64,000 bases of DNA, from positions 32,001 to 96,000 of IMG/VR virus record IMGVR_UViG_3300030433_001574; one strand, written 5' to 3'. This DNA is from a virus. Lineage: Duplodnaviria > Caudoviricetes. This document shows positions 1 through 9,161 of the stretch, piece by piece (the first letter of the stretch is position 1; each line of letters opens with the position of its first letter). The translations under genes were made by a program, and so were the position numbers. The notes below the pieces were generated by a model. That model was given only the letters and a program-made list of their open reading frames with translations. It searched no databases and was not told where the DNA came from.

Positions 1-2
1 TG

Positions 3-299
3 ATGCTGGAGCACAGCCCTCACATCGAATTCCTACCAGTCGTCGGCTGGGGTTGGCAGTTTCCCGGCGGGGGTATCAACGGAGGCGACGGCCCTCTATG
101 GGATTACGAGAGTGTGAAAGGGCCGGGTGGTCGCTACGCTCCTAAGACCGTAGAGAAGAGACTCGTGCGATTGGTCGATGCACACTTGAAAGATGACTTC
201 CCTGCTGAGGCTCACGAGAACAAGTGTGCTTGGTGTGATTTCATGGAACTATGCCCTGCTTGGATGGGCGAGTTGGCTATTGACCCTGAAGACATGTGA
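3..299 (+). CDS. Cas4/AddB-like PD-(D/E)XK nuclease, C-terminal part (5' truncated by the window)
   Basis: C-terminal FP...C-x2-C-x5-C Fe-S motif (CAWCDFMELC); lies in the replication cluster. Confidence 0.65.
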   Translation: MLEHSPHIEFLPVVGWGWQFPGGGINGGDGPLWDYESVKGPGGRYAPKTVEKRLVRLVDAHLKDDFPAEAHENKCAWCDFMELCPAWMGELAIDPEDM

Positions 300-308
300 G
301 GTGAAGAT

Positions 309-614
309 ATGGATAGAGAGGGACTTATCACAGTCTGTAAACTCATGGAGAAGGCGTTAAGCAAGATATGGCCGTTCTACACGTTCACAGTCGAATACTC
401 ACTTCTTTCACGGAGTAGGCAAATCAGAATCCACACTACATCACGGATAATAAATGAAGATGATTTTGATGCCACAGTGGAGGTTAGAGGCTTGGTTTTT
501 GAAGTCCTTGTTCATCCGTCAAGACTGACATCACAATACATTGACGAAACCTTTGATGATGTCGTTAGTAGATTGTTAGAAGAAATCACACTCATAGAAA
601 GCGTAGAGGATTGA
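309..614 (+). CDS. Hypothetical protein
   Basis: GAGGTGA SD before ATG; tightly packed in the operon. Confidence 0.7.
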   Translation: MDREGLITVCKLMEKALSKIWPFYTFTVEYSLLSRSRQIRIHTTSRIINEDDFDATVEVRGLVFEVLVHPSRLTSQYIDETFDDVVSRLLEEITLIESVED

Positions 615-618
615 TACA

Positions 619-1734
619 ATGGGCTTCATCACACTGGACTTTCCTCGTGAGGTGCTTGAGATAGCATCAAACGGAAAGCAGGGTGGTCGCTACTGCGTAA
701 AGAACTGGCAAGAGTTGGAGCGATACTGGAAGGGCAAGAACGGTAGTGGTAACGTCTACTTCACAGCATACGGTTATCGTGCCACTAAACCACCGAGAAA
801 CCACAGAGTAGACTACGACACACCAATCATCCGTCACTTCGTCATGGACTTCGATTGTAAGGACTTCAAGCAGAGAGGTGCGGAGGTAGATTTTTCGTTC
901 ATGCACGAACAGGTTAAAAGGCTACATCGTTTTTTGCTCAGTGAAGACATTCGCCACTTCGTATGGTTCAGTGGCGGTGGCTTCCACATTTGGATTCCGC
1001 TACAGAACATACACACCCCATCAGATGGCTACAGCGTAGCGAGAGTCAAAGAGGGTGGTAGGAAACTCATAGCCTCGTGGCACAAGAAACTCTCACTCTC
1101 TTGCAACGACCCTACTGTCGCCTTCGATACGTCAGGTATGATTCGCATTCCGAACTCATACAACAGTAGACGAGGATGCTGGAGCATACCACTCGACTCT
1201 GATTCTATTCTCAACCTCACGCACGATGGCTTGATGGAGAAAGCCCAAGAGCCTGTCAGTGGTTACATCGAGCATGGTCAAAACAATGTTGCTATTAAAG
1301 TAGCAGAGCGTAGAAGTCCATTCAAGAAGACGATTGAGAAGGTCGAAGGGCTACCTGACATTACGTTGGGTGACATCATCGTGCTCCCATGTCTCGCACA
1401 GTCAGCCCTCGGTGAAGGTAACCCGACACACAAGGCGAGGTTTCACTTAGCATCGTATCTCGCCGCACGACTGCGTTGGTTTTATCCACCTGATGCCATC
1501 GAAGATGATGTGAAGGCTGAACATGTCAATCGCATCTGTGCCATCATAGAAGAGCAGGGATGGGTTGATTACTCCCCTCGTATTACTCGTGAACAAGTAG
1601 AGAACATCGTCTTTGGCGGCGCTGGTAACAACGGTTATTCAGCCGCATCGTGCGCTACGCTTGAATACGATGGGCTTTGCAGTGGTAGATGTCGATACTT
1701 TGACGGTAGCATAGGTGATACAGATGGTGACTAA
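619..1734 (+). CDS. Archaeo-eukaryotic DNA primase, PriS catalytic domain fused to a PriL-CTD-like Fe-S domain
   Basis: Motif I DFD, motif II SGGGFHIW, motif III D..GMIRIPNS; C-terminal LPCL...HKARFHLASYL...SC...C..RC. Confidence 0.88.
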   Translation: MGFITLDFPREVLEIASNGKQGGRYCVKNWQELERYWKGKNGSGNVYFTAYGYRATKPPRNHRVDYDTPIIRHFVMDFDCKDFKQRGAEVDFSFMHEQVKRLHRFLLSEDIRHFVWFSGGGFHIWIPLQNIHTPSDGYSVARVKEGGRKLIASWHKKLSLSCNDPTVAFDTSGMIRIPNSYNSRRGCWSIPLDSDSILNLTHDGLMEKAQEPVSGYIEHGQNNVAIKVAERRSPFKKTIEKVEGLPDITLGDIIVLPCLAQSALGEGNPTHKARFHLASYLAARLRWFYPPDAIEDDVKAEHVNRICAIIEEQGWVDYSPRITREQVENIVFGGAGNNGYSAASCATLEYDGLCSGRCRYFDGSIGDTDGD

Positions 1735-1972
1735 ACATAGAATGCATGGGTATCACTGCTCAGTATGTGGCGGTGCAACCAGTAGAAGAAACAGACAAAA
1801 GGTGAAGTTAAACATCTGTGCCACCTGTAAAGAAAACGTAGACGCACTCCCTGACCACTTTCGTTGTAAAGGCACGACCAGTAGGGGAACAAGATGCCGT
1901 CAAGTCGTTCACGATGACTATTGCCATAATCATAAACATCAAGCAAAGGGTGACAAAGATGCCGAAACCTGA
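1724..1972 (+). CDS. Small double zinc-finger protein
   Basis: CSVC...CATC and RCKGTTSRGTRC...YCHNH; GGTGA SD precedes ATG 1724. Confidence 0.65.
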   Translation: MVTKHRMHGYHCSVCGGATSRRNRQKVKLNICATCKENVDALPDHFRCKGTTSRGTRCRQVVHDDYCHNHKHQAKGDKDAET

Positions 1973-2669
1973 CCTAATTATTGACTCAAACGAAAGAGGA
2001 ACACTATGCGAATCAATAGAGCGTAGAGCCAAGAAAGAAGGATTGAACGTCGTTAGACAGCCTCTCGTTGTCGGTGACTACCTGTTAGGCGCTGCTTGCG
2101 TAGAGGCAAAGAGCGTTACGGACTTGTTTCAATCGAGTCACAGCGGTCATCTATGGCGACAATTGGACAACATGGATGCCAACTACGAGCGCTTCTTCCT
2201 CGTCATTCATGGCTCGATAGCCAAGTATGTGGCCTTCGCCAAGAAGCAGGGTCGATTCCTAACCCACAGTAGGGTGCAAAACGAACTCACTGGCACGATT
2301 GCTCGCATCATGGCTGACTTCGACTGTCAAGTTTTCTTCACTGCTAACGTCAGCGAAGCGGCCATGTTCATCACAAAGTTGCACAACAAGTTGCACAAAC
2401 CAGCCAGTAAGCATGGTGCTCATGCTATTCGTAGGGTATCTACGAATGACGTGCGTGTGGACATGTTGCTCACAATACCCGGTGTGGGTGCTGAGTTGGC
2501 TGAGCGTTTATTGGACAAGTGTGGTAACTTGGAAGAGATGTGCTTTCCTGAGTCATTGAAGCAGGTAAAGGGTCTTGGTGAGAAGAAAAGGCAACTCATT
2601 GTCAATGTTTTGACCAGCGAATCACCTGTTCATATTGAGCGAAAAGTCAGGCGCAAGAGGGGTATTTAA
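1959..2669 (+). CDS. XPF/ERCC4 structure-specific nuclease with HhH motifs
   Basis: IIDSNE, VGDY, VEAKS..DL..S, QL motifs; C-terminal IPGVG and VKGLG HhH; start re-called to ATG 1959 (GGGTGA SD). Confidence 0.88.
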   Translation: MPKPDLIIDSNERGTLCESIERRAKKEGLNVVRQPLVVGDYLLGAACVEAKSVTDLFQSSHSGHLWRQLDNMDANYERFFLVIHGSIAKYVAFAKKQGRFLTHSRVQNELTGTIARIMADFDCQVFFTANVSEAAMFITKLHNKLHKPASKHGAHAIRRVSTNDVRVDMLLTIPGVGAELAERLLDKCGNLEEMCFPESLKQVKGLGEKKRQLIVNVLTSESPVHIERKVRRKRGI

Positions 2670-2684
2670 AGCAACATCGTGATA

Positions 2685-2726
2685 CATAGTTGTATAGCCT
2701 GTCCGATGTCTTGTCTATACACTATG
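2685..2726. repeat. Imperfect inverted repeat in the longest intergenic gap
   Basis: CATAGTTGTATAG (2685-2697) pairs with CTATACACTATG (2715-2726), with one bulge. Confidence 0.6.
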
Positions 2727-2800
2727 ATTATATGCTGAGTAGAATAGAAGCATAATGTTCAGACGATACAACGGACAATCAAGACAACCAAGATTGAAAG

Positions 2801-2814
2801 TTGATATATAAAGG
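2801..2814 (+). promoter_or_regulatory. Archaeal BRE/TATA-like promoter for the helicase operon
   Basis: GAAAG-TTGATATATAAAG about 25-30 nt upstream of ATG 2837. Confidence 0.55.
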
Positions 2815-2836
2815 AACAGTAAGAGGTAGAGATATT

Positions 2837-4243
2837 ATGAGAGAAGCACAAGATTACATGGCAGTCAAGAACTACCCGTTCTTCGATGGCTACGTTGAAA
2901 GATTTAGTAGAACGAGTATTGACAACGACATCCCAGCGATGCTATCATTCTTTTACATACAAGGACAGATAGCCGCACCCTTCATTCGTATACCGTGGGA
3001 TGCAAGCCACCTTGACCCACGAGTCCACGTCTTTTGGATTCAACCATCAAGGACTGGTAAGTCCGTAGCATGGGAGTTTGTAGGTGACGTATTGAAGGAC
3101 TGCGGTTTAACTCAGGATATGTATACGTCAGGGTCTGACGCTGGGTTGATTGGTGGTGTCACCAATGAGACAGTGGTAGACGAGAACGGTAAGAAAGAAC
3201 AAATCGCTGTGCAAACAGAGGGAATGCTTGCTGGTCAGAAGGCACTGAACTTTGACGAGGGTAGTATCATCCTCAATCCCGGCAAGCACTCACAAGAGAC
3301 TGTCCTGTATCTACAGTCAGCGTGCAACCCGATTGGTAGCAACTCAAACATTCTTGTCAAGCACTTGAGTGGTCGTCGTATCGAGACTGAATCGCTTGTC
3401 TCACTGTGGATTACAACCTACCCACCTGCTGGTGTCAAGGAGTATGTTTTGACGAAGGGTATCTTCCAACGTGTTCTGTTGTATTGGTCTGACTGGGACA
3501 TGGACAGACGTATGGGAGTCAGTATGAAACGTATGGAGCGTGCATTCACGAAGACCCCTAAGCAAAAGTTGTCCTACGAGGAGATTATTGACTACTTCAC
3601 TGGGCTTGAAAAGCGACTGCGTGACCGAGTTCTGAACCTGACTGAGATTTCATTCACTGAATGGGATGGTATGACTCGTGAAGAACAAGAAGATGTCGTC
3701 CAGTCTGTCATGAACGAGATGTTCACAGCCGACGAGTCATTCTATGTGGCTACATACGACTTGGTTGAGGACTTGTATTCGCTACTGGATGGTTTGAACT
3801 TCGCTATCGGTAACGTCGTTGCATCGTTCATTCCCGCTATGGAGAACTACTCAGTCATCCTCGCTACTCACATCGCCATGATGGATGAGAAGTGGGTTAT
3901 CACTGGTGAGCATCTTGACATGGCGAAGGAGATTATCTACGACCTGTTCAAGAATCTGATTCTATGGCTTGAAGGTGAGGTTGAAGTCGGTGCTAAGCAA
4001 ACTGAGAAGGCCAACCATGCAAAGAACTGGGTCAATGCATACAACACAGTTGCACCAGTCGAATTGGATAAGCGTGGCGAAGGCTGGCGTAAGAAGTCGG
4101 CTGTCATCAAGCAATACTGTATCGCTGAGCAAGTTACTCGTGGCACTGCGTTCAATCGCTTCTCCAAGTGGGGCGCTCACATGTTCGATGCGGCTAAGGA
4201 TGGCTCTACCGTCTACATCCGTCAAAAGGAGGTGGATGCATGA
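2837..4243 (+). CDS. MCM-like AAA+ replicative helicase
   Basis: HVFWIQPSRTGKS (Walker A variant), SGSDAGLIGG (MCM-like S.AGL), LNFDEG (Walker B), FQR (Arg finger), probable C-terminal wHTH; start re-called to ATG 2837. Confidence 0.8.
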   Translation: MREAQDYMAVKNYPFFDGYVERFSRTSIDNDIPAMLSFFYIQGQIAAPFIRIPWDASHLDPRVHVFWIQPSRTGKSVAWEFVGDVLKDCGLTQDMYTSGSDAGLIGGVTNETVVDENGKKEQIAVQTEGMLAGQKALNFDEGSIILNPGKHSQETVLYLQSACNPIGSNSNILVKHLSGRRIETESLVSLWITTYPPAGVKEYVLTKGIFQRVLLYWSDWDMDRRMGVSMKRMERAFTKTPKQKLSYEEIIDYFTGLEKRLRDRVLNLTEISFTEWDGMTREEQEDVVQSVMNEMFTADESFYVATYDLVEDLYSLLDGLNFAIGNVVASFIPAMENYSVILATHIAMMDEKWVITGEHLDMAKEIIYDLFKNLILWLEGEVEVGAKQTEKANHAKNWVNAYNTVAPVELDKRGEGWRKKSAVIKQYCIAEQVTRGTAFNRFSKWGAHMFDAAKDGSTVYIRQKEVDA

Positions 4244-4404
4244 AGTGTGTCTGTTGCGAGAAAGAGGCAAAATTCGATGACCACACCGCTATAGGTGTGA
4301 GACATTTTTGTAGTGAGAAGTGCTGGGCTGAATACAATGGTGTGCCAGTCCAACCTGAAGGACACTACGGTTTCATCAACAAAGCAGTAGGATGGTGGGC
4401 ATGA
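4240..4404 (+). CDS. 54-aa TRASH/YHS-like metal-binding protein (absent from ORF track)
   Basis: MKCVCCEK...RHFCSEKCWAEY; ATGA overlap with the helicase stop; GGAGGTG SD. Confidence 0.7.
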   Translation: MKCVCCEKEAKFDDHTAIGVRHFCSEKCWAEYNGVPVQPEGHYGFINKAVGWWA

Positions 4405-4478
4405 TGGATAACTCCGAAGAATTGAAGGTTTACATTGAGACAGAGGAGTTCATCTACTGGGAATACTGGGAGGCATGA
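4401..4478 (+). CDS. 25-aa acidic/aromatic micropeptide (absent from ORF track)
   Basis: MMDNSEELKVYIETEEFIYWEYWEA; ATGA overlaps on both sides fill the gap exactly. Confidence 0.5.
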   Translation: MMDNSEELKVYIETEEFIYWEYWEA

Positions 4479-5092
4479 GTATGAGCGATGTAATGGCACT
4501 TGATATTGAAACTGGTAACTTCTCTTGGGAGATAGGTGGTTGGGACAAGCACAGTTTGTTTGAGCCTACAGTCGTCGCCACATGGGACGGCAACGATGGT
4601 CACGTCTTTGCCAAAGAAGACATTGAGATGGCTAACGCCACAGTGCATGACCTACACCCTCGCACGTTAGGTGACCACTTACAGAAGCACATCGACGGTG
4701 GTGGCAAGATTCTTGGTCACAACATTCGCAAGTTCGATTTACCAGTGCTAAACGCCGCACTGGACTGCTGGACAGCAGGTGAACTGATTGGTAAGAGCGA
4801 GAGTATCATTGATACCAAGATGTTGATTGATAAAGCAGCATTGAGTGTGGGTAAGGTTCACACGACGCTTGACACTCTTGTTCGCTCTACTCTCGATTCA
4901 TCGAAGAGTATGCAAAGTAGCGATGCGCCAACAGCATGGCGTGAAGGTAAATTCCTTGAGGTAGCCGACTACTGCCTCAAAGACTGCCAATTGACATACG
5001 ACCTCTACATGTATGGTCGTGACAATGGTATTGTAAAGAGCCGAAGTATGGACGACGGCTCTATAGTTGAAATTGAGGTAGATTGGATATGA
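4475..5092 (+). CDS. DEDD (DnaQ/RNase H-like) 3'-5' exonuclease
   Basis: Exo I LDIET, Exo II GHNIRKFD, Exo III YCLKD. Confidence 0.85.
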   Translation: MSMSDVMALDIETGNFSWEIGGWDKHSLFEPTVVATWDGNDGHVFAKEDIEMANATVHDLHPRTLGDHLQKHIDGGGKILGHNIRKFDLPVLNAALDCWTAGELIGKSESIIDTKMLIDKAALSVGKVHTTLDTLVRSTLDSSKSMQSSDAPTAWREGKFLEVADYCLKDCQLTYDLYMYGRDNGIVKSRSMDDGSIVEIEVDWI

Positions 5093-6600
5093 CGGATAAC
5101 AATGCAACACAGAGGCTAAACATTGAAGCAGTCAAGCGTATCGCTGAAACTGTAAGAACGACACTTGGGCCATTGGGTATGGACAAGATGATGGTGGATG
5201 GTGGTGGTAACGTCATCGTGACCAACGATGGTGCTACCATTCTACGAGAAGTAGACACTGCTCACCCTGCCGCCAAGATGGTGGTAGAAGTATCGAAGAT
5301 GCAAGAAGCAAACGCATACGATGGCACTACGAGCACAGTCGTTCTTGCGAGCCAATTGCTTGCTAACTCAGAGGGTCTATTCAGTAAGGGCTTACACCCT
5401 AACGTGATTATCAAGGGCTACTCAACAGCACGAAACATGGCTGTTGAGTGCCTGAGTGAGATGAGTATTATCTCTACACCATCGGATGAGTTACTCTTCG
5501 ATATAGCAAAGACTGCGATTACTGGTAAGTCCCTTGAAGCATCTGAAGAGAAGGTTGCTAAATTGTGCGTTGAGACTATCAAGACAATAGGAAACGCTCG
5601 TGACGTGAAAACGCTCGCTGTTCCCGGTGGCTCTCTTGCTGACTCATGGCTTTACAACGGTGTAGTGCTTGACAAAGACTTCATCGGTGGTGGTGATGAG
5701 TTCCGTAACTGGGACAACGAAGATGGTGTAGAGATACTGCTTCTCAATGGCGGTCTGACAGAAGGCAAAGAGAGCGCAAACGTATCTGTTCAGGTATCTG
5801 ATGCAAACTCCTACAGCCAAGTCCAAGCGATGGGTCGAGACAAACTGCTTGAAGCGGCTAAGGCCGTGGTCAATTGTGGTGCTGGAGTCGTTGTTTGTAG
5901 AGACTCCGTTCATGATACTGCGATTGCATATCTACGCAAGCAAGGTATCTCTGTCGTGCAACGTGTGCCTGAGAGCACAATGCGTAGACTGTCAAATGAG
6001 TTGATGAACACTCCAATCCACATGACTCCTGAGCCATCATCAACAACAGGCATAGGTCACATTGACCGTGTTATTCACAACGATGTCCCGTATCTGTATG
6101 TCAATTCATTAGCAAAGGAGTGCATGACCACACACAGAGAATCCACACTGATACTGAAGGGTGCTACACAATCTACTCTCGATGAGATTCAACGAGGATT
6201 TGACGACGCATTGGGTGTTGTGTCACTGGTCAAGAACGGCGACTCCATACGCTTCGGTGGTGGCTCTACATACGTCGCCATCGCTGCTCACTTGCGTGCT
6301 AACGCTTCTGAGGTTGGTGGACGTGCTCAGATGGCGATTGAAGCCTTTGCTGATGCACTTGAAGCCATCCCTGCTACCATCGCTGAGAACGCAGGTTATG
6401 ACCCACTCGATACAGTCTTGGCTATGCGACACAAACTTCCTGAGTTCTATGGCCCTGACGTAGAAAATGGAGGCGTGCGTAGCATGGCGGGTATATATGA
6501 ACCAACATCGCTTATTCGCAGTGCTATCGACGGGGCAACAGAAGTCTCATGTGCCATCCTACGCATTGATGATGTCATCGGGCGTAGAGGTGCTGAGTGA
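5089..6600 (+). CDS. Group II chaperonin (thermosome subunit)
   Basis: TTLGPLGMDKM, VTNDGATIL, HPAAK, YDGTTS, GGG, FADALEAIP, ILRIDDVI; ATG 5089 overlaps the exonuclease stop. Confidence 0.96.
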   Translation: MTDNNATQRLNIEAVKRIAETVRTTLGPLGMDKMMVDGGGNVIVTNDGATILREVDTAHPAAKMVVEVSKMQEANAYDGTTSTVVLASQLLANSEGLFSKGLHPNVIIKGYSTARNMAVECLSEMSIISTPSDELLFDIAKTAITGKSLEASEEKVAKLCVETIKTIGNARDVKTLAVPGGSLADSWLYNGVVLDKDFIGGGDEFRNWDNEDGVEILLLNGGLTEGKESANVSVQVSDANSYSQVQAMGRDKLLEAAKAVVNCGAGVVVCRDSVHDTAIAYLRKQGISVVQRVPESTMRRLSNELMNTPIHMTPEPSSTTGIGHIDRVIHNDVPYLYVNSLAKECMTTHRESTLILKGATQSTLDEIQRGFDDALGVVSLVKNGDSIRFGGGSTYVAIAAHLRANASEVGGRAQMAIEAFADALEAIPATIAENAGYDPLDTVLAMRHKLPEFYGPDVENGGVRSMAGIYEPTSLIRSAIDGATEVSCAILRIDDVIGRRGAE

Positions 6601-6773
6601 TGGGAAGACTCCTTGACAAACTCACAGTGAAGTGCAGGGCTTGCACACACAAGCACATTCCAAGAAGGCTACAAGCACGTTATCTTGATGGTGACCGTAA
6701 GCGCATAAGCCTGTGGCAGTGCAAAGAATGCGGTCACATATGGCAAGACAGCGTCTTCAATCGCCAATCGTAG
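6600..6773 (+). CDS. 57-aa TFS/TFIIS C-terminal-like zinc ribbon (absent from ORF track)
   Basis: CRAC-x8-LQARYLDGD-x8-CKECGHIW resembles the archaeal TFS pattern CPKC...LQTRxxDE...CxxCGxxW; TGATG coupling to the thermosome gene. Confidence 0.65.
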   Translation: MGRLLDKLTVKCRACTHKHIPRRLQARYLDGDRKRISLWQCKECGHIWQDSVFNRQS

Positions 6774-6831
6774 CGAGCCATGTCAGGACAAACCCTGCGA
6801 TGAATGCCAGTAGAGCCATTAACACCATCAT
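6757..6831 (-). CDS. 24-aa single-TM hydrophobic peptide (absent from ORF track)
   Basis: MMVLMALLAFIAGFVLTWLATIGD; ATGA overlap with the stop of the fibre gene. Confidence 0.45.
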   Translation of the reverse strand: MMVLMALLAFIAGFVLTWLATIGD

Positions 6832-9161
6832 GGTATCAATGCCGCCCCACCTAATGCTGCAATCTCAGTTGTAACATAGGATGCTATTCTATCAATAGCC
6901 TCTTGTATGGTTGCGGGAGCAGCACCAGCCCAAGCACCACCTGAACCAATAGGAGTAAACGGCTCGCTTTCAGACGCACCTGCTAACTGGTAAGCCCCAA
7001 GCGCACTCGTAAGAGCAACTGCTGTTCCTCCTACAGTGATATTGTGACCCGATGCAACCGCTACATCAGCGTTAATATCAACGCCACCACCGTCTTTGAA
7101 TTTCATTATCTCTTGACCATCAGGACTTCCATCTTCGTCACGAATGGATAAATCAGTTCCACCATTGGTCATTTGAATACGCCATTGTAACGAAGGAGTA
7201 GTAGCCATATCATCGTAGAACAACATAGCGGCATCGTAAGAGGAGTTCGCACGACCAAAACGCAAGTTAGCGTGTGAACCTGTGCTTGCTACTCTTGCAA
7301 TCGTAGTTGCTGCTTTTTTGACATCTAAATCTACATCAGGAGTAGATGTGCCGATACCAACTTTCCCAGTCTCGTCAATAATCATTCTCTCAGAGCCAGC
7401 GGTATCGAAGCGTATTTTGTCTTCATCAGAAGATGCTTCAACATCTATTTTCGTATCTGAATCAGCATCGGCTATGTTTGTGCCACCACCACCGCCACCA
7501 CCCAATGCCGCTATAGAAGTAGCAGTGACCGTCTTGATATTGTTGCTATCATCTGTGTCTTGTATCAACACTTTGTCGTTGGCGGCGACTGTCGCTGCTG
7601 TGTAAGTGTGACCAGCAATAGCAGCATTGACGTTTGTTGCATCAGTAACATCGGCTGAAGTCTCAATGCCTGTGAGTTTCGTGCGCTCACTTGAGGTTAT
7701 GATAGCGCCCGAACCTACGTTGCTCACATCACTTAGGTCAGTTACACTACTGGTAGAAAGAATCACTTCACCGTCAGTTCCAGCATCGTTTGTGAAGTAG
7801 AGTTCGTTTGGTGTAGAGTTTTTGACCCATAGTAGACCCTTACCAGCGGCTGTAGTATGCCCTGTAGCGGCGACATTGGCCTTCTCATCAATAACCAACC
7901 CAGTAGGGTCAATCAGTCCTGTAACAGTCAATTTACCATTGACAGTGAGTGTAGACGAGCCAGCAGTCCAAAACAACTTAGCATCGCTGTTGTGATTACC
8001 AGCACCGTCAGAGAACTGAATCAAGCCGACAGCACCGCTTGCGTTACTGACTGTTGTGGCACTCACCATGATTCGCTTCCAAGCAGTTCCGTTGTATACA
8101 AATAAAGCAGCATCGCCAGCAGTCAAAGCGGCGTTTAACCCACTGCTATCAAAAGTTACAGCGCTACCACTCGGCACACTGACAATAACTGTATGACCGG
8201 GTGGGAACGTCCCTGCTGGATTAAGATTGATTGCACCACCTGCGTTGCATTCAAACACCTGAGCCTCGTCAAAATCAAAGGTTACTGTTCCTGACGACGC
8301 TGTAATTGTCTTGATACGATTTGGGCCAAGCAAATGTGTGTGACGGTTTGACCCATCCTTAGCACTGAAGTAGAGGTTTGGTAGGTTGTCATCCTCGTTA
8401 TACGACAGCCATAGCACACCGTTAGCACCAAAGTCTCCGTGTTCACCACTACCATGTATTTGCTCCAAAGCAGTATGCCCGTTCAAGTGGTCTGTCGAGC
8501 CTACCGCACCCGTAGTTACGGGAGACAAATAGAATGGTGAAGGTCGAACAAAGACTCGCTTGTCGTTGAGTTCAGACAGTGTGAGTTTGAGGTCGTTTGC
8601 AACAGCGGCGCTACCGTTGAACGTAGCCCTGATGGTAGCCAAAACCACAGTTTGCTTATTTGAAGCAGCACTAACACCAGTCATCTTCAAGTAAGCATCT
8701 GCTACTGAGCCTGATATGTCTGAGTAAGCACCAGCGGCGGTTGTAACAGGCGTGGTTTGAACAAACTTCGCACCCAAAGAAGTGGCTACAATGACAAACA
8801 GACACTCCTTCCCTGATGTCAATGCAGTAGTGGTCGTCCCAGCGAGTAAATCACCTGTCGATGTCAAATTCAGTGTAACGTCACCACCTGAGCCGTTGTC
8901 AATGGTGTAAGGCACACCATCGAGAATAACACTGCAAGCCTTGACAACGACTTGATGAGCCACAGAACTCGATACAGCACCGGGTAGACTTGCTGGTGTG
9001 TTTCTGTGGCTACTACCAAAGGCTGTATCATGTGCATTGAGCACACCGTTGCCGTGTAGTCCTTCGTAGATGTTCGTTAGCGACGGAGATAGGATGTGGT
9101 CACCGTCTCGTAGTCCGTCGTTTGTCCCTGCTGTGTGTCCTGATATTGGATTGTCTGCCAT
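6828..9161 (-). CDS. Tail fibre / receptor-binding protein
   Basis: G/S/T/A-rich; Gly7 linker; ERMIID..GKVGIGTSTP fibre-type motif; last large gene of the tail module. Confidence 0.7.
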   Translation of the reverse strand: MADNPISGHTAGTNDGLRDGDHILSPSLTNIYEGLHGNGVLNAHDTAFGSSHRNTPASLPGAVSSSVAHQVVVKACSVILDGVPYTIDNGSGGDVTLNLTSTGDLLAGTTTTALTSGKECLFVIVATSLGAKFVQTTPVTTAAGAYSDISGSVADAYLKMTGVSAASNKQTVVLATIRATFNGSAAVANDLKLTLSELNDKRVFVRPSPFYLSPVTTGAVGSTDHLNGHTALEQIHGSGEHGDFGANGVLWLSYNEDDNLPNLYFSAKDGSNRHTHLLGPNRIKTITASSGTVTFDFDEAQVFECNAGGAINLNPAGTFPPGHTVIVSVPSGSAVTFDSSGLNAALTAGDAALFVYNGTAWKRIMVSATTVSNASGAVGLIQFSDGAGNHNSDAKLFWTAGSSTLTVNGKLTVTGLIDPTGLVIDEKANVAATGHTTAAGKGLLWVKNSTPNELYFTNDAGTDGEVILSTSSVTDLSDVSNVGSGAIITSSERTKLTGIETSADVTDATNVNAAIAGHTYTAATVAANDKVLIQDTDDSNNIKTVTATSIAALGGGGGGGTNIADADSDTKIDVEASSDEDKIRFDTAGSERMIIDETGKVGIGTSTPDVDLDVKKAATTIARVASTGSHANLRFGRANSSYDAAMLFYDDMATTPSLQWRIQMTNGGTDLSIRDEDGSPDGQEIMKFKDGGGVDINADVAVASGHNITVGGTAVALTSALGAYQLAGASESEPFTPIGSGGAWAGAAPATIQEAIDRIASYVTTEIAALGGAALIP

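Noticed and set aside
3-299. Cas4-like motif as evidence of a CRISPR-Cas system
   Set aside because: No repeat-spacer array or other cas genes were seen; solo Cas4-like nucleases are common in archaeal virus replication modules
2670-2836. tRNA gene in the intergenic gap
   Set aside because: No cloverleaf or T-loop consensus was found
6828-9161. Diversity-generating retroelement target in the fibre gene
   Set aside because: No reverse transcriptase or template/variable repeat pair was seen in the window
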